Source: a virus (lineage: Duplodnaviria > Caudoviricetes). From it: 55,788 nucleotides of DNA. The notes under the pieces are model-generated. The model was not told the origin of the DNA. It searched no databases and was given only the letters and a program-made list of their open reading frames with translations. The position numbers were made by a program, and so were the translations under genes. This document shows, in pieces, positions 47,681-55,788 of this stretch (within the stretch, counting starts at the first letter, position 1; each line of letters opens with the position of its first letter). The stretch covers positions 1 through 55,788 of IMG/VR virus record IMGVR_UViG_3300035494_000076, one strand, 5' to 3'.

Positions 47681-47709
47681 ATTATATACAAGTCATAAAA
47701 GATTGTCAA
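47681..47709 (-). promoter_or_regulatory. Sigma70-type promoter
   Basis: TTGACA...TATAAT on the minus strand. Confidence 0.75.
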
Positions 47710-47720
47710 TAGAAAGAGGG

Positions 47721-48053
47721 TTAAATTGAATCTTTCAATTCTTGTTTTGAAATTATCAACATTCTGACAGAACCAATGCATTTTTTTTCATCGCTTTCGT
47801 ATGAATGTAGCCAAATATAACTTTCGCTTTTATTTGTTCTTATAATCCATTCAGTCAACTCTTCTATTACAAGAGTCAGCAAGTCTTCTTCTGATTCTGC
47901 TGTTCTACTTAACCGAAACCGTCCCCCTAGTGTATAGCTCTTACCTATGATCGAAATAACCGTTTCTGACGTAGACATTATATTAGAATTTGAGAATGTC
48001 TTCCTTAAAGTTTCTACCACCATATCGTTATCGTTTGCATTTATACTAATCAT
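47721..48053 (-). CDS. Hypothetical protein
   Basis: SD GAGG. Confidence 0.65.
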   Translation of the reverse strand: MISINANDNDMVVETLRKTFSNSNIMSTSETVISIIGKSYTLGGRFRLSRTAESEEDLLTLVIEELTEWIIRTNKSESYIWLHSYESDEKKCIGSVRMLIISKQELKDSI

Positions 48054-48082
48054 AATAACCTCATTTCGCTAACATAAATTAT

Positions 48083-48691
48083 TCAAACTCCACCGAATCT
48101 TCCGATTCGATAGTTTCTAGCAAGTTTACCTTGAAATTCTTCAACTCCATGAAACTCGCCCAATGAGTAAACGTCTAAATCACCACCGCACAGCCAAACA
48201 CTTTCTGCTGTTGTATAGTCCATCAACTCAAATCTGTCAGTGAATAACACTAATTGATTCCCACTATTTCTATGCTCACAATCATCGATAAAGTCTTCGA
48301 TGATTCTTATAAGCTTTCTAGTGGATAGTTGGCAAAAATCAATATCTATATCAGTGTATCTAACAATGAATAGTGTATTCATTGTTTCTTTTGCGTTTTC
48401 CATTAAATCAGTTATCATTGTGTATGTATCGATTTTTTGGGTATATAACGCATCCGAAGAAGCTTCGCACTTAAACTTACCAAAAGATAAGGCATCATAT
48501 ACCAAGTCTTCTTCTAACCCTTCATTTCTGATAACCAACGTGAAGAAACCGGGGTAGAGCCCATCAGGAATCTCGTCTTTCTCTTTTGCTACTTCATAGC
48601 CTTCCCATATTGTTTCATTATATGAGTACACTTGCGATTCTTGTAGTAAATTGATGTGATCGTTATCATTGAACTCGATTGTGTAAATCAT
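48083..48691 (-). CDS. Degenerate homolog of the C-terminal half of AAA_21/RloA-type ABC ATPases
   Basis: QLVLFT...ESVWL...VYSLGEF...NYRIGRFGGV; no Walker A. Confidence 0.6.
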   Translation of the reverse strand: MIYTIEFNDNDHINLLQESQVYSYNETIWEGYEVAKEKDEIPDGLYPGFFTLVIRNEGLEEDLVYDALSFGKFKCEASSDALYTQKIDTYTMITDLMENAKETMNTLFIVRYTDIDIDFCQLSTRKLIRIIEDFIDDCEHRNSGNQLVLFTDRFELMDYTTAESVWLCGGDLDVYSLGEFHGVEEFQGKLARNYRIGRFGGV

Positions 48692-48692
48692 A

Positions 48693-49055
48693 CTAAACCT
48701 CCATCATTAAGAATACTTCACAAATTGCGCGGCGTGGATTTGGATTGTTTGCTTGTTTATGATCCTTGTTCAACAAAGCGATATTATCAACAGTGTAAAC
48801 AAACGGACCATCTGCGTCAAAGCTTACGGAAAGATGATACTTTTCAGCAATCGGCATAACATCATTCCAGTCTTCACAAGGATTGAAGATTTCCCAATAC
48901 CGCTCACTTTCGATGAAAATTTCCAACCATGATTTTTTTATCCCTTTTGGGCATACGCGCGATTTTTCTCTGTAGTTTATTCCCGACTTTTTCGCTACAG
49001 CTAATCCAACTTCATGGTCAGTCATCAGGTCTAACTGTTCTTGTGTGTGAATCAT
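48693..49055 (-). CDS. NinX/DUF2591-like phage protein
   Basis: FNPCEDWNDVMPIAEKY and NPRRAICEVFL. Confidence 0.75.
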   Translation of the reverse strand: MIHTQEQLDLMTDHEVGLAVAKKSGINYREKSRVCPKGIKKSWLEIFIESERYWEIFNPCEDWNDVMPIAEKYHLSVSFDADGPFVYTVDNIALLNKDHKQANNPNPRRAICEVFLMMEV

Positions 49056-49099
49056 GCTATTCTCCTTTTAATCTGTCTCTGTTCTATGAATTAATACAA

Positions 49100-49513
49100 C
49101 TAGACAAACTTGTCCCGAACTTCTTCTATTAGCAATATTGCATTCTCGAAAGGCGTTTCATCGTCATCATATTCAAAGTATGAAATCAAATCCTTAAATC
49201 GTTCAGCAAGTCTAAGCACATCGTCTTTAGTCATTCCACTTGATTGATTATTGATGAAGGTGTTATTGATTCTTAGTGGCTTATGGTTCACTTCGTCATA
49301 TCCCCATTCCATCTCAACTTTTCTATATAAATCATACTCGTTATAATACGAATGTTCGGTGATTCCAGCGCGGTCAATATCATCAATATTGTAACCGTAA
49401 GAGTCATAACCGTCTTCATCGAATAAATAATCATGTGGTGTTGCATTCTTCTCAAACCATTTTTGGTCTTTTCTATATGCGGCTGAAACTGTCGGTGAGT
49501 ATTTTCCTATCAT
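49100..49513 (-). CDS. Hypothetical protein with GYD-like repeats
   Basis: FDEDGYDSYGYNIDDIDRAG. Confidence 0.7.
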   Translation of the reverse strand: MIGKYSPTVSAAYRKDQKWFEKNATPHDYLFDEDGYDSYGYNIDDIDRAGITEHSYYNEYDLYRKVEMEWGYDEVNHKPLRINNTFINNQSSGMTKDDVLRLAERFKDLISYFEYDDDETPFENAILLIEEVRDKFV

Positions 49514-49566
49514 GATTGGTGTCTCCTATTCTTTTAAAATTAATCCTTTCGCTATTGTCTGAGTGT

Positions 49567-49595
49567 ATTATATAAAACTCATGCATATATGTCAA
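49567..49595 (-). promoter_or_regulatory. Sigma70-type promoter
   Basis: TTGACA...TATAAT on the minus strand; TGAGT/ACTCA repeat flanks the -10. Confidence 0.7.
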
Positions 49596-49742
49596 TATCT
49601 TTTACACCCTAAATTAGAATAGCCACAAGTACCAAATAAATGACGAATGGGCTTAGTAGAAGTATGGTCACAACAGCATAAACTAATACGAAATGGGTAT
49701 GTACAGGATCAACTTCAACAAAGTGTAAAGAACATTCATATC

Positions 49743-50210
49743 CTACCACCAAAGGTTATCATAAAACTTACAAAACAACTCCATCCCTTCTTTTACTTTT
49801 CTTTCATACTCTTTCATGTCTTCATCATATCGTTCGTTTTCTGCTTCTGTTCCTTCTCTTAATTGCATGGTATAACATTGACCATACTCAGGATCAACAC
49901 CACTTGGAATATAATCATAGTCAAAATCATAGTCAGAAATATCAGGTGCTTTTGCGTTGAACGCAAAGCTAATCTTTTCCAACACTTCATCCCAAACCTT
50001 ATCGCAATATTCCAAGTCTTCGGATTGTTTTTCACTCACTAAACCATGACGTAATAGTGCTCCCGTCGGAACACCAAACCATTCGGACTTATTTCCGTTT
50101 TTAACTTCAATGAATTTACGAACAGCTTCCCCGATGATGGGATTCAGTGCAGTCTTTAAGCAAAATGTGTCCTTATATGAAGCAATCGGTTTCTTTCCTT
50201 TAAATCTCAT
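49743..50210 (-). CDS. Conserved phage hypothetical protein
   Basis: WDEVLEKISFAF...EGMELFCKFYDNLWW. Confidence 0.75.
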   Translation of the reverse strand: MRFKGKKPIASYKDTFCLKTALNPIIGEAVRKFIEVKNGNKSEWFGVPTGALLRHGLVSEKQSEDLEYCDKVWDEVLEKISFAFNAKAPDISDYDFDYDYIPSGVDPEYGQCYTMQLREGTEAENERYDEDMKEYERKVKEGMELFCKFYDNLWW

Positions 50211-50227
50211 TTTATCTCTCCTTATAA

Positions 50228-50329
50228 TTAATGTGACCAGTTATCCCAATCATCTCCTATTTGTTGCAATATCATTAGTAAAAGCAATACAACACCCGCA
50301 ACGATTATAGATCCTAGTATATCAAACAT
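50228..50329 (-). CDS. 33-aa single-TM microprotein
   Basis: MFDILGSIIVAGVVLLLLMILQQIGDDWDNWSH, directly after the SLT gene. Confidence 0.5.
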   Translation of the reverse strand: MFDILGSIIVAGVVLLLLMILQQIGDDWDNWSH

Positions 50330-50332
50330 TCC

Positions 50333-51145
50333 TCAACTCTCCAAATTAAGTTTAATAACCTGTCCAACGTATATCTTCTCACCTACTTGTGATAATAATA
50401 CTTTTGTATCAATATTATACATTCTAGCAATTTTCCAAACCGTATCGCCACTTTCAACAACGTGTTCTACACCAAATACTTGACTTGTTATAGTATTAAC
50501 ATAGTTTCTAGTCTCTTTGAACGTTATGACATTAGACAACTCTGAATGTGTTTTTAGTTTTCTTTTATGCGCCTTAGATGCCCATAGTAAACCATTACTT
50601 GGTCCACCATTATATGATGCTAATACTAACCCCCACTGAATCTCTTCTCTTAGATTAGGATAATGTTTATTGATTTTCTTTTTTAGGTATGAGAGGTAGA
50701 TAGAAGCCCCTAGCGCAGAGGACTCATAGTCATAGGGATTAACAAGGGTATTAAATTTCTGTTCAATGTGTCTAATGGTGATTGGCATAAACTGAAAGCA
50801 ACCCTTAGCACCAACTCTTGATTCAACATTACATCTACCACTCGTTTCTTTCATATGGATTGCATCTAAGAGACCTTTCGGGAGTTCATATTGATATTCG
50901 AACTGGTTATTGATTTCATCCTTAGAAACTGACTTTGGTGTTTCCTCTGCGGTAGAAGTAGGATCAACAGGTTCCGGGTGTTTTAAGATTTCATGAAACT
51001 CGTAAACGGTTTCTTGTGGGATTTGTGTGTCAAATACTATTTCTTCTACTTGTTGTGGTTTTACTTTTGGCTCAGTGTCTAAGAGAAGAATGAAACCAAC
51101 CGTAACTGACCCTACTAATAAAAGAAACTTTGGATTTAACTGCAT
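50333..51145 (-). CDS. Membrane-anchored lytic transglycosylase (SLT) with LysM
   Basis: N-terminal TM; KETSG, GAKGCFQFMP, ASYNGG and ETRNYV; HVVESGDTVWKIA. Confidence 0.9.
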   Translation of the reverse strand: MQLNPKFLLLVGSVTVGFILLLDTEPKVKPQQVEEIVFDTQIPQETVYEFHEILKHPEPVDPTSTAEETPKSVSKDEINNQFEYQYELPKGLLDAIHMKETSGRCNVESRVGAKGCFQFMPITIRHIEQKFNTLVNPYDYESSALGASIYLSYLKKKINKHYPNLREEIQWGLVLASYNGGPSNGLLWASKAHKRKLKTHSELSNVITFKETRNYVNTITSQVFGVEHVVESGDTVWKIARMYNIDTKVLLSQVGEKIYVGQVIKLNLES

Positions 51146-51176
51146 GATATAACACTCCTTTAGTGACTTGATAGTA

Positions 51177-51695
51177 TTATACCTTCATTCTTTCTCTCAA
51201 GTCAAGAACAAAATCATCAAATTCTTCTCTGCTCATATCGTCTATGTGCTTACTTGGAATGATGTAAATATGACCATGTTTGATTAGTTTCATTCCTGCA
51301 TTATCACAATCAGGGACTACCATCTTGTCATTATACTTTTCAATCAATTGTTTTGAAAACCACTTAGGTAGATTATTACAAAGAGTGGCTATGGCTGGTA
51401 TCTTATGATCGTGAAACCTACAAGCCTTGAAAACTCCCTCACATACGACTATGAAATTGCTATCATCAAAGTCATAAATGGATTCTAAACCCCATACACC
51501 AAACTCAGAAGTGATGGTATAGTATCTACCATCACGAGGGTCTCTTCTAAGTTTCTTATTACCATTAGGGTTATATTGTTGAAACCCAACCCACTTATGT
51601 TCTAGATTGTATAGCTTAAATGTGGCTATATCCTCATGGAGAACATATGATGTTTGGTTTGAGTTTATAAAATCTCTTTCTTCTAAGATATTCAT
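51177..51695 (-). CDS. Small TOPRIM-domain (primase-like) protein
   Basis: GFQQYNP, VWGLES, VCEGVFKA and PDCD.AG. Confidence 0.7.
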   Translation of the reverse strand: MNILEERDFINSNQTSYVLHEDIATFKLYNLEHKWVGFQQYNPNGNKKLRRDPRDGRYYTITSEFGVWGLESIYDFDDSNFIVVCEGVFKACRFHDHKIPAIATLCNNLPKWFSKQLIEKYNDKMVVPDCDNAGMKLIKHGHIYIIPSKHIDDMSREEFDDFVLDLRERMKV

Positions 51696-52069
51696 TTGTA
51701 TTTAAGACGCCCTTTCATAGCACTAGCACACGGAAAAGACTCACCTTCCTCGAATAGCTTACCGTTTAGGTAGAAAGGTTCAATGACTCTATCTCCATTC
51801 CACCATCCTCTTTCGATTTTGATATAACCATTAGCCCCTAACCATTCCCTAGTTGCAGTGAATGATGGATGGTCGATCATAGAAAGAGAACCTATCTTGT
51901 TTCCTGTTTTGCCATCTATAATATCAGTCTCAAGGTCTAATGAGCAAAGGTATTCTTCTTTAATGTTGATGATGGCTGGAGACCCCTGCAGTTCTAGAAC
52001 ATCATTTCCCAAATATCCATCAAGTTTCATTATGTCTAAAATTAAACTAGCGGGGATTCCAGCATACAT
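51692..52069 (-). CDS. Hypothetical protein
   Basis: SD GGAG. Confidence 0.7.
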   Translation of the reverse strand: MYAGIPASLILDIMKLDGYLGNDVLELQGSPAIINIKEEYLCSLDLETDIIDGKTGNKIGSLSMIDHPSFTATREWLGANGYIKIERGWWNGDRVIEPFYLNGKLFEEGESFPCASAMKGRLKYK

Positions 52070-52072
52070 ATT

Positions 52073-52530
52073 CTACTCCTTGATTCCTAACATTACCTTA
52101 GCGTGTAGAATGGCGGCTTGCTTGCCTTCTACAGTGAAGGGGTAACAAAGATTGTTCTCCGATAGACGTTTTTCTAAAGCATAAGAGCCAAAAATCGTTT
52201 TTTAAAGAAGTCCGCAGTCTCTATAGATGGATAGTAATACATATCACCTTCACGTGGAGTAAAACTAATGTCAGGTACTTCAACACCGTGGATTAGTTTC
52301 ATTCGTGGTGGTTGTACTGGGATTTCAAACTTGATTTCATCCCAGAATAAAATTTGCGGGGTATCATTAAAGTATTTTCCTTCAATAGTAAATGTTAAGA
52401 AGTTTCCGCATTTAAACTCAACGCATATAGGGCGTGTATCTTTTGTAGAAATGCTACTTATGACACCCCAACCAAAAGTCGGACTCCAAACTTCATCCCC
52501 GGAACGCGCATTCTCAAACGTTGTAGTCAT
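52073..52530 (-). pseudogene. Frameshifted hypothetical gene
   Basis: One extra A in the A6 run (52198-52203) would extend the frame to ...NLCYPFTVEGKQAAILHAKVMLGIKE*, ending at the next SD. Confidence 0.6.
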
Positions 52531-52539
52531 TATATCTCC

Positions 52540-52902
52540 TTATAAATACTCTTTGTCCTTGTGATGTCGCATCTCTGCAACAATCTCACACAAACTAGAC
52601 AAGTTGTGGATTTCATTTAAGTTATCCTCATCCGTAAAAGGACATTCTAGTATACTAACAGCAGTCTTAGCGAGTGCAACTTTTTTCTCGATATTGAATA
52701 GTTCGTTTAAATAGTCGAGGTTGTCTTTGTAGGATTTGCTGAACACTGATAAATGGTTATTAAGAATATCCTCCCGTCGTTTTTGACTTAATAAAGCGTA
52801 TCTTCTACAAAGCTTCACTAAGAAATCAACATCTCGAAAGTCTGAGCATTCCTCTCTCAGTTCCAATATCATTTTTTCAAAGTGTTCTTGTTTGCTGTTC
52901 AT
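52540..52902 (-). CDS. Hypothetical protein
   Basis: ORF in operon. Confidence 0.65.
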   Translation of the reverse strand: MNSKQEHFEKMILELREECSDFRDVDFLVKLCRRYALLSQKRREDILNNHLSVFSKSYKDNLDYLNELFNIEKKVALAKTAVSILECPFTDEDNLNEIHNLSSLCEIVAEMRHHKDKEYL

Positions 52903-53230
52903 TTATTCTATCCTTAGTAAAGCTGATGATTAGATGAAGTCTTGTTGCACTTCTCCATCTGTCACAGTAGTATTCCATGTCTTCATCTGTCACAATTACT
53001 GTCATGTTTTTGTGGCATTTTTCAATCAGTTCATCTTTAAGTTTTTTATGTGGATATATCAGCACGCCGTCTTTCTCGTATTGGTCAATAGTTGCCATTT
53101 CTTTCCTTAGACACCACTCAGCTTCCTTGACGATGACATTAAGCATTTTTCGTTTGTTGAATGACGGCTTGTCCAACATAAACCGTTTAAACTCTTTGTT
53201 GATTAGGGTATATCTCTTCTCAGGTCTCAT
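52877..53230 (-). CDS. Hypothetical protein
   Basis: Coupled ORF. Confidence 0.65.
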   Translation of the reverse strand: MRPEKRYTLINKEFKRFMLDKPSFNKRKMLNVIVKEAEWCLRKEMATIDQYEKDGVLIYPHKKLKDELIEKCHKNMTVIVTDEDMEYYCDRWRSATRLHLIISFTKDRINEQQTRTL

Positions 53231-53910
53231 TTGACAATCTTCTTCGCATATCCATAAATTAACAACGGATAGTGTGTTGGGTCAGCATCACCAAACAAAT
53301 CGGCATAGAATTTGCTATGGTCGTAAGTTTTAGACAAGTAGTCACCACGATTGCTATACATCTCTACAAACAGTCTAGCTAATAGACGATATGTGATGAT
53401 GTTATGTACTGGGGTGATGAGATCCAATGCAACAAATTCTTCAATTGAAAGATGCATATCATGTAAGGATCTAGCTATAATCACCATAGCATCATAGTCC
53501 TTACAAGTTTTCATATCAGGTCGATTCAATTCAGACATTAAGCTTCTTTCTCTACCCAATCCTAATCCAATCATCTTAATGTCGGAATCGATGATTTCTT
53601 GTAACCATTCTTCGTCAGAGTAAGGAATTTCTTCTTCTGTTGTTACTCGAATATCATATCCCCACTCATAGTCACCAAATGTGTTAATACTAATTTCTGT
53701 ATCTTCTTCATACTCATGTAGTGCGGCAACTAACTCGCCTTTGCTAACAGTTTCACCGTTAAACCGCACCAATTCTTTTATGTGCAAATGATTGGGTCTT
53801 TTGTAGTAGCAATCAAAATCTCGATGATAGTTGTTGTTCAATTCTTTAATATTGGCTAGAATTTTTCCAGCCTTGATAAAATTCACAATGCTTTGTCTGG
53901 TTGCGTTCAT
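53227..53910 (-). CDS. Hypothetical protein
   Basis: SD AGGAG. Confidence 0.7.
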   Translation of the reverse strand: MNATRQSIVNFIKAGKILANIKELNNNYHRDFDCYYKRPNHLHIKELVRFNGETVSKGELVAALHEYEEDTEISINTFGDYEWGYDIRVTTEEEIPYSDEEWLQEIIDSDIKMIGLGLGRERSLMSELNRPDMKTCKDYDAMVIIARSLHDMHLSIEEFVALDLITPVHNIITYRLLARLFVEMYSNRGDYLSKTYDHSKFYADLFGDADPTHYPLLIYGYAKKIVK

Positions 53911-53913
53911 GGT

Positions 53914-54141
53914 TTACTCCTTGATATAAAACAACTCTTGTTTACACACATTGCACTGTTTACCTTCATAATTAAATGCGAGTCTGCCTATAGAGTTTTC
54001 GCCAAATGATATAACAATGGGGAAAGATAGACTACTTGATTGGATACTTTCTACAGTAACCACTTCTTCTTCTTCTTTACCGTATTCCGGCTTAAATAAA
54101 AGCTTACTACCTACTGTGATGTTATTTAGTATTTTACTCAT
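53914..54141 (-). CDS. Hypothetical protein
   Basis: SD GGAGG. Confidence 0.65.
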   Translation of the reverse strand: MSKILNNITVGSKLLFKPEYGKEEEEVVTVESIQSSSLSFPIVISFGENSIGRLAFNYEGKQCNVCKQELFYIKE

Positions 54142-54144
54142 GGC

Positions 54145-54351
54145 TTAATCCTCCAATTTATAACTAACCCATTTAGTTTGTTCTTTGTTCTTATCAGCGC
54201 GAATAACAATACCATTACTACAACACAAAAGGTCGTGGTCATACTTTGATACAATCTTTTCTAACTCGCCACCGTGTTCAGCGCAAACATCCTCGGCTTT
54301 TTTAATCGTGGATTTAGGTATTTCTACCACTGCACTCTTGATGCTTGACAT
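54145..54351 (-). CDS. Hypothetical protein
   Basis: ORF in operon. Confidence 0.55.
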   Translation of the reverse strand: MSSIKSAVVEIPKSTIKKAEDVCAEHGGELEKIVSKYDHDLLCCSNGIVIRADKNKEQTKWVSYKLED

Positions 54352-54451
54352 AGTTCATTTCTGTTTCGGTGAAGTGATTATCAGACTCTTTAAACACAGC
54401 ATAATCTCCATCAATTTGAACAGTCGTCGTTCATTTTCATGGTCTTCTCCA

Positions 54452-54628
54452 TTAAAGGTTATTTGATTTCTTTTTTACAACGTATAGTTTTGGTTTAACT
54501 TTTTCTTCTCGTTCTGCTGGAATCGAGTAGTAAAGCTTTGACTTAATTTTTGTTAGGTATATAAAACCAAACAAAGTCTTAATCAAAGCTAGAATCAATA
54601 TAATGACGCTTGTATCATCGTCCCTCAT
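54452..54628 (-). CDS. 58-aa membrane microprotein
   Basis: Promoter and SD AGGAG; MRDDDTSVIILILALIKTLFGFIYL... Confidence 0.5.
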   Translation of the reverse strand: MRDDDTSVIILILALIKTLFGFIYLTKIKSKLYYSIPAEREEKVKPKLYVVKKKSNNL

Positions 54629-54647
54629 TCACTCTCCTATTTTGGTG

Positions 54648-54676
54648 CATTATACCACATCTACATAACTTGTCAA
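54648..54676 (-). promoter_or_regulatory. Sigma70-type promoter
   Basis: TTGACA-N17-TATAAT with TG extension. Confidence 0.8.
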
Positions 54677-54703
54677 TTGATATTAACACTTACCAATTTT
54701 ATA

Positions 54704-54922
54704 TCACTTATTTCTTAATGCCTTTTCAGCCTCACGATATGCTTTATATTCTTTGTTAAAATCTTTTGTTATGATTTTATTGATTCGCTGTAGTCTAGAA
54801 AATGCTTCCTGAAATTCATTCTTATCTTTCTTATATTCTTCGGTTTGGCGAATCGATTCTATAACCATACCCATATCATTTTTTAGATAAATATGTAAGC
54901 TGCCTGTCAAATCAGAAATCAA
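54704..54922 (-). pseudogene. 5'-truncated gene remnant downstream of the IS remnant
   Basis: TTG start without SD; abuts the IS200/IS605-like end. Confidence 0.4.
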
Positions 54923-54944
54923 TCACAGAATACGGATACCCATT

Positions 54945-55035
54945 ATCTTCTGCTTAATCCGAAAACTAAGCCCTCTGGTCAATTAGGATTTCGGTTTTCA
55001 CTTCAAGCCTCGGCCTAAAGGCCGAGGCTATTGAC
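54945..55035 (-). mobile_element. IS200/IS605 end / IscB omegaRNA (HEARO)-like 5' remnant
   Basis: Minus strand GTCAATAGCCTCGGCC-TTTA-GGCCGAGGCTTG...ATTGACCAGAGGGCTTAG...TAAGCAG. Confidence 0.7.
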
Positions 55036-55361
55036 TAACACTCTTCGCTATTGTTGACGGTTGTCTTCAATTCTTGGATAAATCGCTGAACGTTATAATT
55101 AGCCCAGTACGGGGATTTTCCGGTTTGCATGCCGTTACTGACGTGACCCGTTACCCGCTCAATCGCCTCGGCAACGGCCTCTTGCTTTATTTTCTCAACA
55201 AGAACTCTAAACTCTTTCTCACAATCATTCCGGTTCTGGATAAGCGCACCGGCATTGTCACGCCCGCTTTGCGAACCATCTGTCGGGTGGTATGATTCCA
55301 CGTCACTACAGGCATCTAGCCAGTTTCTAGCGGCGTTGGCTAATTGAATTTCAATATCCAT
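55035..55361 (-). CDS. Hypothetical protein (higher-GC segment)
   Basis: Coupled ORF. Confidence 0.65.
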   Translation of the reverse strand: MDIEIQLANAARNWLDACSDVESYHPTDGSQSGRDNAGALIQNRNDCEKEFRVLVEKIKQEAVAEAIERVTGHVSNGMQTGKSPYWANYNVQRFIQELKTTVNNSEEC

Positions 55362-55756
55362 TATGAGTCACTCCCCAACTCTTCAATCAAATCGGCCAGG
55401 TCGCTAATTGGTTCGAGATAAGGGGTATTTCCGGTGACGTGCAAGTACAGTGGGTATCGCATATCAGCAACCCATTCATTCTCGTCATCCTTATACCAAT
55501 CCTCCTCCATTATTGAGGCTGTTGACTGTAGATAAACGCCGCCTCTAACCTCTACACACGACCCTTCCAGCGCGTCCTGGTAGGCTTTTTTAACTTTTAA
55601 GATTTCCTGAGCGTCCTTAGCCCAGTCCAAATACCATTCCAAGTCGTCTTCAAGCTCGGGTGAAAACTCAACCAGGTCAGCAACGGAGCCATTTAGGGCA
55701 TCGGGCATCCACTCCTCAACCCAGTCAGGATTGCGTCGCTGGTCATCTTCGAACAC
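55361..55756 (-). CDS. Acidic hypothetical protein, possibly starting beyond the window
   Basis: ORF near the window edge. Confidence 0.6.
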   Translation of the reverse strand: MFEDDQRRNPDWVEEWMPDALNGSVADLVEFSPELEDDLEWYLDWAKDAQEILKVKKAYQDALEGSCVEVRGGVYLQSTASIMEEDWYKDDENEWVADMRYPLYLHVTGNTPYLEPISDLADLIEELGSDS

Positions 55757-55788
55757 GTTCCAGTCACCGCCGGCTTCCCAAAGAAGCA

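Noticed and set aside
52198-52203. Programmed frameshift in the 52073-52530 gene
   Set aside because: Not an in-phase X_XXY_YYZ heptamer; a homopolymer indel is more likely
54470-54476. Second in-phase A_AAA_AAG heptamer (minus strand)
   Set aside because: The -1 frame closes after three codons and no stimulatory structure is evident
1-55788. CRISPR array or rRNA
   Set aside because: No regularly spaced direct repeats or rRNA-like sequence seen; recurring GCCCCTTAATTGGGGC elements are dispersed terminators

Overview
AT-rich 55.8-kb segment of a large lytic myovirus in the wider T4-like superfamily. The host is Gram-negative, judged from the spanins and an outer-membrane beta-barrel gene. 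Main modules: head (internal proteins, gp21 protease, gp22 scaffold, gp23 capsid); RNase H and Dda helicase; nucleotide metabolism (MazG-like, nrdA, nrdB split by a group I intron, glutaredoxin, thyA, dNMP kinase, dCMP deaminase, DHFR); lysis cassette (DUF5675-type protein, holin, i/o-spanins); PAAR; Rnl1 + HD-Pnk RNA repair pair; replication (gp44, intein-containing C5 methyltransferase, gp62, a 195-aa mini DnaE-like polymerase, primase, gp41, gp45, gp32); neck/tail genes; and a minus-strand block of early accessory genes. Regulation uses sigma70-type TTGACA-N16/17-TATAAT promoters, T4-type TATAAATA late promoters and a family of near-identical terminators. Most interesting unexplained signals: (1) about 10 otherwise unrelated microproteins around the replication genes sharing a C-terminal D-h-h-h-(M/L)-x-x-(L/I)-stop tag; (2) a promoter-driven array of structured non-coding RNAs at 21.6-22.0 kb; (3) a well-formed -1 frameshift signal on an acidic head-core-like gene; (4) promoters complementary to their own RBS; (5) a dead mimic of a defence-associated ABC ATPase; (6) an IscB omegaRNA/HEARO-like remnant; (7) widespread decay of accessory genes. 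All family calls come from motif recognition by eye; no database searches were run.
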